Source: an uncultured delta proteobacterium (lineage in GTDB: Bacteria; Desulfobacterota; RBG-13-43-22). Taken from it: a DNA stretch of 64,000 nt. The position numbers and the translations under genes were made by a program. The stretch is from positions 19,017 to 83,016 of the forward strand of contig CAVUPH010000025.1 in NCBI GenBank assembly GCA_963743305.1, read 5' to 3'. Below are positions 50,107-59,942 of the stretch, piece after piece (position 1 is the stretch's first letter; each line of letters begins with the position of its first letter). A model generated the notes under the pieces. That model searched no databases. It had not been told where the DNA came from and saw only the letters and a list, made by a program, of their open reading frames with translations.

Positions 50107-50136
50107 AGTATACTTGAAATAAAATCGGAATGTCAA
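50107..50136 (-). promoter_or_regulatory. Sigma70 promoter facing the CoA-transferase gene
   Basis: Minus strand TTGACA-N18-TATACT. Confidence 0.7.
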
Positions 50137-50239
50137 ATAGAGAATACAAAAATTGGTTTGATTTAATTATTACATAATGAAATGATTGGCTTGGATAAAA
50201 TTCAGAAAAGCAACTCACTTGAAGGAAAAACCAATAAAA

Positions 50240-50950
50240 ATGGATACGGTCATCATAGCTTGTCGTACTATTGCCGATGAACTGTGGGTAGCCCTGCGAG
50301 AATCCGGGTGTACCTACCCTGTACTATGGATAGAATCGGGACTGCACCTCAGGCCCGAATCCTTAAGAACCCGCCTTCAGGAGGAACTGGATCATATCGG
50401 GAATATCAGCCAGGCCCTTCTGGCCTTCGGCTATTGCGGCAATGCCCTGCTCGGACTCAAGGCCGGAGACTTCCGGGTCATCTTCCCCCGGGTGGACGAT
50501 TGCATCACCTTGATGCTGGGTTCCGGTTCGCGCCGCAACGCCATTGGCCGGGAGTGCGGGACCTATTTTCTCACCAAAGGGTGGTTGGATTTTGAAAGGA
50601 ATATCTGGGTGGAATACCAGGAAACGGTCAGGCGCCATGGAAAAGAAAAAGCCGACCGGATATTTAAGGTCATGCTCCGGCACTATCAACGCTTAGGCGT
50701 TATCGACACCGGCGCCTATGACCTGGGCCGCTTTCTTGAACGAGTGCGGAATATCGGCGAGGCTTTGGCGCTCTCGCCCCAGGTGATCCCCGGAACGCTG
50801 GATTACCTGAAGAAGCTCCTTACCGGGCCGTGGGATGAAGATTTCATTATAATCCCTTCCGGCGAGACCGTAACCGTGAAACATATTTATGGGGGAGCGG
50901 CGTCTTCCGCCCGGGAGAATTCCCCCCAGCCGCTTCAGTCATGCATGTAG
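50240..50950 (+). CDS. DUF1638-domain protein
   Basis: IIACRTIADE, GLHLRPESLR, AFGYCGNALLGL, PRVDDCITLMLGS, TYFLTKGW. Confidence 0.85.
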   Translation: MDTVIIACRTIADELWVALRESGCTYPVLWIESGLHLRPESLRTRLQEELDHIGNISQALLAFGYCGNALLGLKAGDFRVIFPRVDDCITLMLGSGSRRNAIGRECGTYFLTKGWLDFERNIWVEYQETVRRHGKEKADRIFKVMLRHYQRLGVIDTGAYDLGRFLERVRNIGEALALSPQVIPGTLDYLKKLLTGPWDEDFIIIPSGETVTVKHIYGGAASSARENSPQPLQSCM

Positions 50951-51295
50951 AGGACCCACCCTGTAATTTTATCCCACAATGAATACTATCGCCCTGGTCC
51001 CTGATGGTATTCCACCCGGTTTCGATTTCCCGCCCGATGCCGGCAGGGGGAACGCTGAACAGTATGGCGGAATGCCGGGACCTCTTATCCCCGCCGGGGA
51101 TAGACTGGATGATCAGCTTCATGATCTCCGCGGAACCCAGCCCTCCTCGAAAAAATGTTCACTCCGATCGCTACGGTCCTAGGGGCGATAATTTTGGCCG
51201 TAGGTCCCGCCCAAGGTTGAGGGGCTGGGCCGCCTTGACAATGCAGTGGATGATCAGGGACAGGCGGTCAGAAAAAACTTGGTTCTCTGTTGGGG

Positions 51296-51331
51296 CCCTG
51301 TCGGGACGGGCTTAAACCCGTCCCGACAGGG
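51296..51331. repeat. REP-like perfect hairpin
   Basis: CCCTGTCGGGACGGG-CTTAAA-CCCGTCCCGACAGGG. Confidence 0.75.
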
Positions 51332-51383
51332 TATTTTTATGTTTCGTGGCGCCCCCTCGGGGGCCAGAAGGTTTACGAATCCC

Positions 51384-52625
51384 CTAATAAATATGGCGAG
51401 CGGGCCAGAGGCCCAGCTTTACCTGTTTGCCGCCTTGGATCTGATCCAGGCGTACGTTTCCAACGCCCTCCACTTGACCCGGAGCAAAAGTCAGCGGTGT
51501 ACTGGTCAACCCTCCGGTGTCGAAATTCTTGATCTGAAAAAAGCCGTTATTGAGGACGTCAACGGGTTTGAGTTTCTCCAAAGGGGTTTTTTGCAGGGCC
51601 AGCCTTAAGGCCTCCACCTGGGTCATAACTTCAACCAATCCCTGCATATACATGGTGTGACGCGGCTTATTGGAATTATATTTCTTCTGTAAATCGAGGG
51701 CGAATTTTACTCCGGGCAAATTTTCCGACCAGGAGGGAAAGCTTCCACCGACCACTACGCCGTCCCCCAACTTGCCCATATCATTACTGAAGGTATTAAT
51801 ATTACAAGGAAAAGCGAAAGCAAAGGTTATCTTGTGGCCCAGATGTGGACCCATATCCAGACGTACCGCCTCCTTGATTGTCGGCTGTGCGCCGGGGTTA
51901 ACCATGGCCCCGAGGGTCAGGTCCACCTGGTTGGCCTTAAGCCACATCAGTTGGGTAGTCGGCGGAGAGGTGGCCACGATCGGCACGTATTGGATGCCGA
52001 CAAAGTCGTATCCAATTTTTTTGAGATAGGCTTCCAACTGGGGTATCTCGATCGACTTCCCAAAGGCATTATCAGCGGTCAGGTAAGCCACCCTGGGCTT
52101 CCTCTTTTCCTTCCAACGCTCTTTGAACCAGTCGGCAACGGCCGCCATCTCATCCGTATAAAGCGGGATATGGAGAAAGCTGGTCTGCGGCGGCGTCAAA
52201 AGATAGGATCCAATCGCCATACCGGTGGCGCCCATATGGTCCTGATTGAGCCTGTCCTTCAGCGCCAGGGCTACCGGCGTCCCGGATAAACGGTAGACCA
52301 GGATCCCCTTGGCCTTAAGCTCTTCGTAGATGGAGAGGGCCTTGGCGGGCTTCAGTTCGTCGTCCCGCCAGAGCAGCTCGATGGTGGTATCGGCCGGCCA
52401 TTTTTCCTTTCGCCAGGGGGCCAGGTTTTTCGTCTCGTTCACATATTTGACATAATCCTCAAAAGCCGCCAGCACGCCGGCCGAATCATCCGCATAGGGA
52501 CCGGTCAGCGCAACGGTGCCGCCGACATAAACCGTTTTCGCCGCCGAAGCGGCGGCCGGAAAGAGTGAACAGCCCACCAGCAGCATTATCATGAAACCTA
52601 TAAATGCCCATCCACGTCTAGCCAT
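51384..52625 (-). CDS. LivJ-type (periplasmic binding protein type 1) ABC substrate-binding protein, orphan
   Basis: Signal peptide, VGGTVALTGPYA, YVKYVNE, RVAYLTADNAFGKS. Confidence 0.85.
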   Translation of the reverse strand: MARRGWAFIGFMIMLLVGCSLFPAAASAAKTVYVGGTVALTGPYADDSAGVLAAFEDYVKYVNETKNLAPWRKEKWPADTTIELLWRDDELKPAKALSIYEELKAKGILVYRLSGTPVALALKDRLNQDHMGATGMAIGSYLLTPPQTSFLHIPLYTDEMAAVADWFKERWKEKRKPRVAYLTADNAFGKSIEIPQLEAYLKKIGYDFVGIQYVPIVATSPPTTQLMWLKANQVDLTLGAMVNPGAQPTIKEAVRLDMGPHLGHKITFAFAFPCNINTFSNDMGKLGDGVVVGGSFPSWSENLPGVKFALDLQKKYNSNKPRHTMYMQGLVEVMTQVEALRLALQKTPLEKLKPVDVLNNGFFQIKNFDTGGLTSTPLTFAPGQVEGVGNVRLDQIQGGKQVKLGLWPARHIY

Positions 52626-52754
52626 TTTCCCTCCTTATTCATGATCGATTTGGTTATTGTGAAGCTACATTTTTCTGCGTTCCTGAGAGACTCTTAATCA
52701 TCACCCCTTTCCCTGGTCGATTCACGGTCACTTCTTCAATCAACCATTAAGAAT

Positions 52755-53900
52755 TTAAAGACCCAATTGCCGGGCGGCCACGATCCGCATGATGTCGCTG
52801 GTCCCCCCTCCAATCATGGGGAAATAGGAATCCCGGAGATAACGCTGGATCGGAAACTCGGTCATCAGGCCGTAGCCGCCGAAGATGTTCACGGCTTTCT
52901 GACAGATCAGGTTGACCCCGTCGGCGGCAATGATCTTGGCCATGGCCGCCTCACGGGTGATGGATTCACCTCGGTCGGCCATGGCCGCTGCGTGGTAGAC
53001 ATAAAGCTGGGCCTGCTCCAGGATGGTCAGCATGTCCACCAGCTTGAATTGCACGCCCTGGAACTTGCCGATGGGCTGTCCGAACTGCTCGCGCTCCCGG
53101 GCGTACTTGAAGGCGGCCTCATAGGCGGCCCGTCCGATGCCCAGGGCCTGGGCGGCCGTAAAAATACGGTCGACGGTCAAGGATAGATAGGCATTGATAA
53201 AGCCCTGGTTCTCATCACCCAAACGATAATCGAGGGGCACCTGGACGTCTTCGAAAACCAGTTCATTGGTGTCGGCGCAGTGGGTGGTAAACTTGTCCAA
53301 CTTGCGGGCCACGGTGAAACCGGGTGTCTTGGTGTCCACCAAAAACAGTGAGATCCCCTTGAGTCCCTTGGCGGGATCGGTCTTGGCGGCCACGGTGACG
53401 AAGTCAGCGAAGGTGCCGTTGCTGATGAATATCTTGCTGCCGTTGAGCACGTAGTGGTCGCCCCGGCGTTCGGCCCTGGTCCGGATGGAGGCCGCGTCGG
53501 AGCCGGAATTGGGCTCGGTGATGGCAAAGGCGCCCACCATCTCGCCTTTGATGGCCGGCACCAGGTATTTCTGCTTCAGTTCCTCGCTTCCCCATCGGTA
53601 AATGGTATGGGTGGCCGTGGAGGCATGCATGCACACGGGAGTAGACAGCCCCATGGAGCCCCGGGACAGCTCTTCGAGGAAGATGGTGTAGTAGATATTG
53701 GGGCTGTCCAGACTGCTGCCGCCATACTCTTCCGGGTAGTGGATGCCGTAGTAGCCCAACTCTCCCAACTCGCGGAAAAGTTCCCGGGGGAATTCGTTGC
53801 GGCGGTCCAGATCATCAGCCACCGGCACCAACCGTTCATCCACCCAGCGGGCGATATGGGCGCGGAATTCGCTTTGATCTTTGGTAAAAGGAAATTGCAT
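52755..53900 (-). CDS. Acyl-CoA dehydrogenase
   Basis: GAFAITEPNSGSD, LNGSKIFISNG, REQFGQPIGKFQ, IGGGTSDIMR. Confidence 0.95.
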   Translation of the reverse strand: MQFPFTKDQSEFRAHIARWVDERLVPVADDLDRRNEFPRELFRELGELGYYGIHYPEEYGGSSLDSPNIYYTIFLEELSRGSMGLSTPVCMHASTATHTIYRWGSEELKQKYLVPAIKGEMVGAFAITEPNSGSDAASIRTRAERRGDHYVLNGSKIFISNGTFADFVTVAAKTDPAKGLKGISLFLVDTKTPGFTVARKLDKFTTHCADTNELVFEDVQVPLDYRLGDENQGFINAYLSLTVDRIFTAAQALGIGRAAYEAAFKYAREREQFGQPIGKFQGVQFKLVDMLTILEQAQLYVYHAAAMADRGESITREAAMAKIIAADGVNLICQKAVNIFGGYGLMTEFPIQRYLRDSYFPMIGGGTSDIMRIVAARQLGL

Positions 53901-53936
53901 AGCAGATTGCTCCTTTGTCCAGTCGGGTAGCGAGAT

Positions 53937-54215
53937 CTACCCGCCCCCCAGTAGAATCAAGGATATCGTCACCTGGTCACCATCCCGTAATTCGGTGGCC
54001 AAACCTTGGGGTAGGGAGTAATAGGGTACGTTGTTCAGGCGGATCTCAAAAAGGTCCTCCAGCGCCAGTTCCCCGGTCTTCGGGTCCTTGATCTGGCCGG
54101 CGAAGTGGGACCGGCCCATAAGGCCGCCCAGCAGTTCGCCGAGGGAACCGCACTCCAGATCAACCGCCGGAGGGATTTCCGGGATATGCACCGTGGTTTT
54201 CAGGGTGATTCTCAA
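53937..54215 (-). CDS. MoaD/ThiS-like sulfur-carrier (ubiquitin-like) protein
   Basis: GLATELRDGDQVTI..LLGGG C-terminal glycine motif. Confidence 0.8.
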   Translation of the reverse strand: MRITLKTTVHIPEIPPAVDLECGSLGELLGGLMGRSHFAGQIKDPKTGELALEDLFEIRLNNVPYYSLPQGLATELRDGDQVTISLILLGGG

Positions 54216-54340
54216 GACCTAGACTCCGCAGCGGGTTTCCTTATTTAGTGGTTGTTCGCCCTTTTGGGTGGATGGCCACAATATCTGGTAGATTAGACTG
54301 AAATCAGGCCTTCGGGGCCGTCTGGTCTCGCCCAAAGGGT

Positions 54341-55939
54341 CTATTTAGTTTTGGAAAACCGGTCCCGCAATTCCCGCTTAAGCGTTTTCCCGGAGGGGGT
54401 CTTGGGGAGCGTCTCCAGGAATACTATTGATTTCGGTGCCTTATAATGCGCCAGCGAGGCCTTGCAGAATTCCATGATCTCTTCGGCCGTTGCTTTCAGT
54501 CCCTCCTTCAGGACCACGGCGGCCTGGACCTTTTCCACCCAGTAGCCGTCGGAAATTCCGAAGACGGCCGCCTCCTGGATGGCCGGATGCCGGTAGAGGA
54601 CTTCTTCCACCTCCCGGGGGTAGACGTTTTCTCCTCCGCTGATGATCAGGTCTTTTTTTCGGTCCACGATGTAGATGTAGCCTTTTTCATCATAGCGCCC
54701 CATATCCCCGGTATGCACCCAGCCGCCGACGAAGGTCTTCGCGGTCTCTTCCGGTTTGTGCCACCACTCCTTCGGAACGGCCTGGCTTTGAACGATGATC
54801 TCCCCCACCGCGCCGGGCTCGACATCCTCATCACGATCGTCGACGATTCGCACATGGACCCCCCGATGAGGAAAACCGCAGGAGGCGAGCGTTCCCTGTT
54901 TTTCCGAGGGAAGGTGAACCACATCATGCTGCTTTTTAGACAGCATGGTGACATTCGGTCCGCTTTCCGTACCTCCGTAGAATTGCAGGAAGATGGGTCC
55001 CCACTTTTCCATCCCTTGTTTCAGAAGCTCAACCGGCATGGGAGAGGCCGCGTAAAACATACGTTTAAGGCTGGTGAGGTCATAGGTATCGACATCCGGC
55101 AGGGCCAGAAAGGCGGCCAGGTGGGTGGGTACGATATGGATGTCCGTGGCCTTCTCTCGTTCGATGGCCTGGAGGGTCGCCCGGGGATCGAAAGATACCT
55201 GGGGCATGATCACGTTGCTGGCGCCTGCAAAAAAATAACCCCAGAAATTTTTGGCCCCCCCGATGTGAAAAAGAGGCATGATCTGGATATGCTTGTCCCC
55301 CTGTTCCAGCGAAAGGGCGGTGACAAAGCGCCTGGTGTCGTCCACGGCTCCCCCCATCGTATAGAGAGCCGCCCTGGGAACGCCGGTGGTGCCGCTGGTA
55401 TAAAAGAGAAAGACCGGGTCGTCCTCTTGGGCCTCCACCACGGGTTCGTCCTGGGGAAAGGTTTCCAGGAGTGGGCGATAAGGGGTCATTCCGGGGATCT
55501 CGGCTGTTTCGAAGGTGATGATGTTTTTTACCTTGGGAAGACGTATCTTCAGACGATCCGCGACCTCAACCAGACCCGGTCCGACAAAGAGCGTCCGGCA
55601 CTCGGAGTAGTTGATCAGGTAATCCAATTCATCATCCAGCAGTCTCGGATTAAAGGGCGAAGCGATGAAGCCGAACTTCATGGCGGCGCCATAGACCTCG
55701 GCATATTCGAGGCCGTTCCAGGAGAGGATGCCCAGCACCTCGCCTTTTTTCACCCCCAGGGACTGCAAGGCGTGGATCAAGGCGTTGACCTGATCATTAA
55801 ATTCTCCAAAGGTTACCGACTCGTGGCCGCATTGGATAGCCGTCTCGTCGGCATAGAGGAGGGCGTTCCGGTAGATCATATCGGCATAGAGGCCGGTGTT
55901 ATAGCGGGACAGCTCTTTAAGTATCCATCTTTTTGACAT
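54341..55939 (-). CDS. AMP-binding acyl-CoA synthetase
   Basis: FYTSGTTGVPR, QFYGGTE, HTGDMG, ISGGENVYP, LPKTPSGK. Confidence 0.93.
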   Translation of the reverse strand: MSKRWILKELSRYNTGLYADMIYRNALLYADETAIQCGHESVTFGEFNDQVNALIHALQSLGVKKGEVLGILSWNGLEYAEVYGAAMKFGFIASPFNPRLLDDELDYLINYSECRTLFVGPGLVEVADRLKIRLPKVKNIITFETAEIPGMTPYRPLLETFPQDEPVVEAQEDDPVFLFYTSGTTGVPRAALYTMGGAVDDTRRFVTALSLEQGDKHIQIMPLFHIGGAKNFWGYFFAGASNVIMPQVSFDPRATLQAIEREKATDIHIVPTHLAAFLALPDVDTYDLTSLKRMFYAASPMPVELLKQGMEKWGPIFLQFYGGTESGPNVTMLSKKQHDVVHLPSEKQGTLASCGFPHRGVHVRIVDDRDEDVEPGAVGEIIVQSQAVPKEWWHKPEETAKTFVGGWVHTGDMGRYDEKGYIYIVDRKKDLIISGGENVYPREVEEVLYRHPAIQEAAVFGISDGYWVEKVQAAVVLKEGLKATAEEIMEFCKASLAHYKAPKSIVFLETLPKTPSGKTLKRELRDRFSKTK

Positions 55940-55971
55940 GGCTGATTATTTCCTATTCGCTGCCGACCCCT

Positions 55972-58284
55972 TCACTTTCCCCATTTCCCAGCCTGCTTCA
56001 GGGCCTGGACAATCTTCTCCGGAGTTACCGGCTGTTCCTTGAACCAGATACCGGTGGCGTCGTGCAGGGCGCTGAGCACGGCCGGAGGAGTGCTCACATG
56101 GCTGCCCTCGGAGGCCTCTTTGGCCCCGAAAGGACCGTCGGGGTCATCGGTGATGATATCGAAGACCCGGATGTTGGGCGCATCGGTGGAGCGGGGCATC
56201 TTATAGTCGAGAAAGGTATCATTCAAGGTCCGCCCTTTATCCATGACAAACTCCTCATAAATGGCCTGCCCCAACCCTTGAACGGCCCCCCCTTCGTTCT
56301 GGGATTCCACGCTGATGGGGTGCAAGGGACGTCCGCAGTCGTGGGCAATGAAAAAATCGGTTACATCCACCTTCCCAGTCTCCAGGTCAACCCCCAGGCG
56401 CACCGTCTGGGCCGTAAAGCTGTAAGAGGTGCCGCCATTACCCGTGCCGGTATTGAAGTCGAGGGGTTCGATGCCGTAACCCGAGTATCCCCGGCCCAGA
56501 ATGACTGCGCCGGAACCCTCGTAGCAGGCGATCTTAACCAGCTTTTCAAAAGACATCCTTTTGTCCGGCTCGGATTTAAGAAAAACCTCGGCGTTCCGAA
56601 TTTCGATTTCTTCCGGTTTTACCCGCCAGACTTTGGCCCCGACCGCCAATAATTGTTTTTTGGCATCCTCGGCGGCCTTGCGGGTGGCCTGCCCGGCCAG
56701 GACCGTAACCCGGCTTCCGTAGCTCCCGGGATCGACCGGGGTATACGCGGAATCCACCCGTTGGATGGCCACGTCTTCGTAACGCACCCCCAGTTCCTCA
56801 GCCACAATCATGGTCAAGACCGTATCCGATCCCTGGCCGCAGTCGGTGGCCCCGGTGAGCAGGTTGACGGAACCGTCTTCGCAGATCCGGACGATGGCCC
56901 CACAGGACTGGTGGCCCAGTTGCCTGGCCCCCCCCAGATAGGAAGTCCCGGAGAGGCCTACGCCGTAGGAGATCGGCCCCTCCGTCTTCGCTGGCTTGTC
57001 CTTTTCCACCCAAAGGGTGTCCTGCACTGCTGTTTCCAGGGCCTCTTTGATCCCGCAGGTCTTCAAGATCACCCCGTTGATGGTCCGGTAAACCTCACCC
57101 CGTTTGGGGTTCTCGATGGCATTCCGTAACCGAATCTCCGCGAAGTCTATTCCCAGTTCTTCGGCCATCATCTCCATCTGCAGTTCACAGGCAAAACGGG
57201 TGTGGGTGATTCCGTGGCCGCGCATGGCCGCGGAGATGGGATTGTTGGTAAAAACCCGCCAGGCGTCGTATTTGTAGGCCGGCAGCTTGTAGGGCAGCGT
57301 GGTGGCAAATCCGGCCAGGTACATGGTCAGAGGGCTGATGGCCGTGTAGGCCCCGCCGTTGGCGACAACCCGGCTGTGAATGGCGGTCAGCAAGCCGTCC
57401 CGGGTCATCCCCATTTTATTATGGACGATCATGTTATGCCTTCGCCGGCAGGTGTTGAGTACTTCTTCCTGGCTGTAAACGAATTTGACCGGTTTCCCGG
57501 TCAGTTTGGATCCCAGTACGGCGCAGAAATCCCCGGCCAGGGAATCGTTTTTCGTTCCGCCGAACCCCCCGCCGATAAAGGGCTGGATTACGCGAACCTT
57601 GCTGAGAGGCAGTTTAAAACAGGCCGCCAGATGACGGTAATGAAAATAGGGGCTCTGTTTGGCCGGCCAGACGGTGATCGAACCGGCCGGATCATAGTAG
57701 GCCACCGAAGCCGGCGGCTCCAAAAACCCCACGATGACCTTACCCGTCTCAAATCGGTCTTCCCGGACCAGGTAGGAATCGCGAAAGACCTTTTCTACGT
57801 CCCCGAAATTCCAGTGCGATTCCACGCTGACATTGTTCGGGCGGTAGTCGTGAATCACCGGTGCGCCTTCCTTCATGGCCTCTTCGGGGTCAAACACCCC
57901 CGGAAGCTCCTCATAGTCGACCTGGATCAGATCACAGGCCTCCTCGGCCGTCTCCTCATCCCTGGCGATCACCGCAGCCACCCCCTCGTAACGGTAGCGC
58001 ACCTTATCCGTGGCCAGGGGCGATTCGTCCCGGGTGGTGGCCATGAACCCCCAGGTCCACCCTCCAAAATCCTTTCCGGTAATGACCGCTTTCACCCCCG
58101 GAAGCCGCTCGGCCCGGCCGGTGTCAATCCGGAGAATTTTGGCGTGAGCGAAAGGTGACCGAACAATCTTGCACCAGAGCATTCCCGGCAAGGTGTAGTC
58201 GGCCGCATACCGGGCCTCACCCATGACCTTTTCCCGACCATCTTTCCTCGGGACCCTTTTCCCGATAACCGTGTATTCTTCCAT
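55972..58284 (-). CDS. Molybdopterin-binding subunit, 4-hydroxybenzoyl-CoA reductase alpha-like
   Basis: GGGFGG, AMRGHG, DCGQGSDT, GPFGAKEASEG. Confidence 0.88.
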   Translation of the reverse strand: MEEYTVIGKRVPRKDGREKVMGEARYAADYTLPGMLWCKIVRSPFAHAKILRIDTGRAERLPGVKAVITGKDFGGWTWGFMATTRDESPLATDKVRYRYEGVAAVIARDEETAEEACDLIQVDYEELPGVFDPEEAMKEGAPVIHDYRPNNVSVESHWNFGDVEKVFRDSYLVREDRFETGKVIVGFLEPPASVAYYDPAGSITVWPAKQSPYFHYRHLAACFKLPLSKVRVIQPFIGGGFGGTKNDSLAGDFCAVLGSKLTGKPVKFVYSQEEVLNTCRRRHNMIVHNKMGMTRDGLLTAIHSRVVANGGAYTAISPLTMYLAGFATTLPYKLPAYKYDAWRVFTNNPISAAMRGHGITHTRFACELQMEMMAEELGIDFAEIRLRNAIENPKRGEVYRTINGVILKTCGIKEALETAVQDTLWVEKDKPAKTEGPISYGVGLSGTSYLGGARQLGHQSCGAIVRICEDGSVNLLTGATDCGQGSDTVLTMIVAEELGVRYEDVAIQRVDSAYTPVDPGSYGSRVTVLAGQATRKAAEDAKKQLLAVGAKVWRVKPEEIEIRNAEVFLKSEPDKRMSFEKLVKIACYEGSGAVILGRGYSGYGIEPLDFNTGTGNGGTSYSFTAQTVRLGVDLETGKVDVTDFFIAHDCGRPLHPISVESQNEGGAVQGLGQAIYEEFVMDKGRTLNDTFLDYKMPRSTDAPNIRVFDIITDDPDGPFGAKEASEGSHVSTPPAVLSALHDATGIWFKEQPVTPEKIVQALKQAGKWGK

Positions 58285-58289
58285 GGGGC

Positions 58290-58772
58290 TCACCTCCCTA
58301 TCTCCCCGGCAGCCGCCTTGACCGATTCGATAATCTTGGTATAGCCGGTGCAACGGCAAAAGTTTCCTTCCAGTCCTTTTCGGATTTCTTCATCCGTGGG
58401 ATTGGGATTTTGGTCGAGCAACACCTTGGCGGAGAGTATCATCCCGGGTGTGCAAAAGCCGCACTGCATCCCGCCCACCTCCACAAAGGCCTGCTGAATG
58501 GGGTGGAGTTTCCCGCCCTCGGCCAGGCCTTCGATGGTCAGGACCGATTTTCCGGTGATCTCGGCCGTCAAAACCAGACAGGCATTGACCGCTTCTCCCT
58601 CCAGGATGACCGTACAGGCCCCGCATTCACCTACCCCGCACCCTTCTTTGGTTCCGGTCAAACCCAGGTCCTCCCGGAGAGTCTCCAGCAGGGTGGCCGA
58701 AGGCTTGACCTCTAAATCATAATCCTTCCCGTTTACCTTCAACTGTATCCGTTTCATCTCAACCTCCTTCAA
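58290..58772 (-). CDS. 2[2Fe-2S] subunit of a Mo-hydroxylase
   Basis: GTKEGCGVGECGACTV, QCGFCTPG, CRCTGY. Confidence 0.95.
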   Translation of the reverse strand: MKEVEMKRIQLKVNGKDYDLEVKPSATLLETLREDLGLTGTKEGCGVGECGACTVILEGEAVNACLVLTAEITGKSVLTIEGLAEGGKLHPIQQAFVEVGGMQCGFCTPGMILSAKVLLDQNPNPTDEEIRKGLEGNFCRCTGYTKIIESVKAAAGEIGR

Positions 58773-59653
58773 GCCGAGGGAAAAATCTGATTAATGGCCC
58801 GCTGGGTCAGCATGTAAACCAGGTCACGTCGGTAATCCGCCGAGGCCCGGTGATCATCGATGGGGCGGCATTCCTCGCCGGCCGCCCGGGCGGCCGCCTC
58901 GATCAACTCCGGACTAAGCCGTTGCCCGGTCAAGAGGGCCTCGGCCTGCCTGGCCCGAATGGGCGTCGGGGCCACGGCGCCCAGGGCCAGGCGTATCTTG
59001 TTACAGACCCCGGCCTCAGCCATCCCGGCGACCGCCACCCCGACAATGGCCAGATCCATGGAATGGCGTGGAGAAAACTTTATATAGGTCCCCCGGCAGC
59101 CCTTCTCCGGGGTAGGGACCAGGATGCTTTGCAGGATCTCGTCCGGTTCGATCACGGTCCGGCGAGGCCCGGTGAAAAACGCCTCCAGGGGGACAATCCG
59201 CTCACCGCCGGGACCTTTCAGTTTGACCCCGGCCCCCAGGGCTAAAAGGGCCGGGGCGCTGTCCGCCGAGGGGACGGCCATACAAAGATTGCCGGCGAAG
59301 GTCCCCCGGTTTCGGACCTGGGGCGAAGCCATGGTCGAGGCCGCTTGAGCCAGAATCGGAAAACGCTCCTGAATGACGGGAGTCTCGGCAAGGGCCTTGA
59401 TGGTGGTCAAGGCCCCGATGGTCAGTCCGACCTGTGGGTCATAGGAAACCACCTCCAGCCCGGCGATTCCTTTCAAGTCGATCACCATTTCCGGGGTGGT
59501 CGTCCCCCGCCTTTTAAGCTGAGGAATCAAATCGGTGCCGCCGGCGAGCAGTCGGGCCCGGCCTTTCTGTTCGCCGAGCAAACGCAGCGCCTCATCGAAC
59601 GTCTGGGGAGCGGTGTACCGGAATTGGGGTAATCTTCGATAGAATACAGCCAT
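58769..59653 (-). CDS. FAD-binding subunit of a Mo-hydroxylase (CoxM-type, no Fe-S insert)
   Basis: LLAGGTDL, ASPQVRNRGTFAGNLC..PSAD, PIDDHRASADYR. Confidence 0.93.
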   Translation of the reverse strand: MAVFYRRLPQFRYTAPQTFDEALRLLGEQKGRARLLAGGTDLIPQLKRRGTTTPEMVIDLKGIAGLEVVSYDPQVGLTIGALTTIKALAETPVIQERFPILAQAASTMASPQVRNRGTFAGNLCMAVPSADSAPALLALGAGVKLKGPGGERIVPLEAFFTGPRRTVIEPDEILQSILVPTPEKGCRGTYIKFSPRHSMDLAIVGVAVAGMAEAGVCNKIRLALGAVAPTPIRARQAEALLTGQRLSPELIEAAARAAGEECRPIDDHRASADYRRDLVYMLTQRAINQIFPSA

Positions 59654-59706
59654 AATTGTTTTCCTTCCCCGGGTCGGAGGTCGGCTCTAAACCCGTACCA
59701 TAAAAT

Positions 59707-59726
59707 TATATAGACAAGTCTGTATA
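59707..59726. promoter_or_regulatory. Operator-like palindrome upstream of the Mo-enzyme operon
   Basis: TATATAGAC-AA-GTCTGTATA, between the operon and a divergent TetR gene. Confidence 0.55.
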
Positions 59727-59942
59727 GTTTATGACATACACATACAATAGGGGTTTTATGGCTGTCAAGCAATTTTTCAATAGAAGGCTGATTTTCTTGG
59801 CGGGAGATATGGCCTAGCCGACCTGGATCAGGCCGAAGGCATCAGCGTCAACGTGGACAAACCAGGGAAATTAATTGACAATACTTTTCTTTGATATAAT
59901 GTAAGCCAAGGCTGTTTATAGAGCAACCCATCACCTGCCCTG

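Noticed and set aside
51136-51230. Long hairpin CCCAGCCCCTC..GAGGGGCTGGG as 6S RNA or another ncRNA
   Set aside because: Too short and lacking recognisable 6S features. It overlaps a possible acyl-CoA dehydrogenase remnant (GSAEIMKLIIQ), so support is insufficient.
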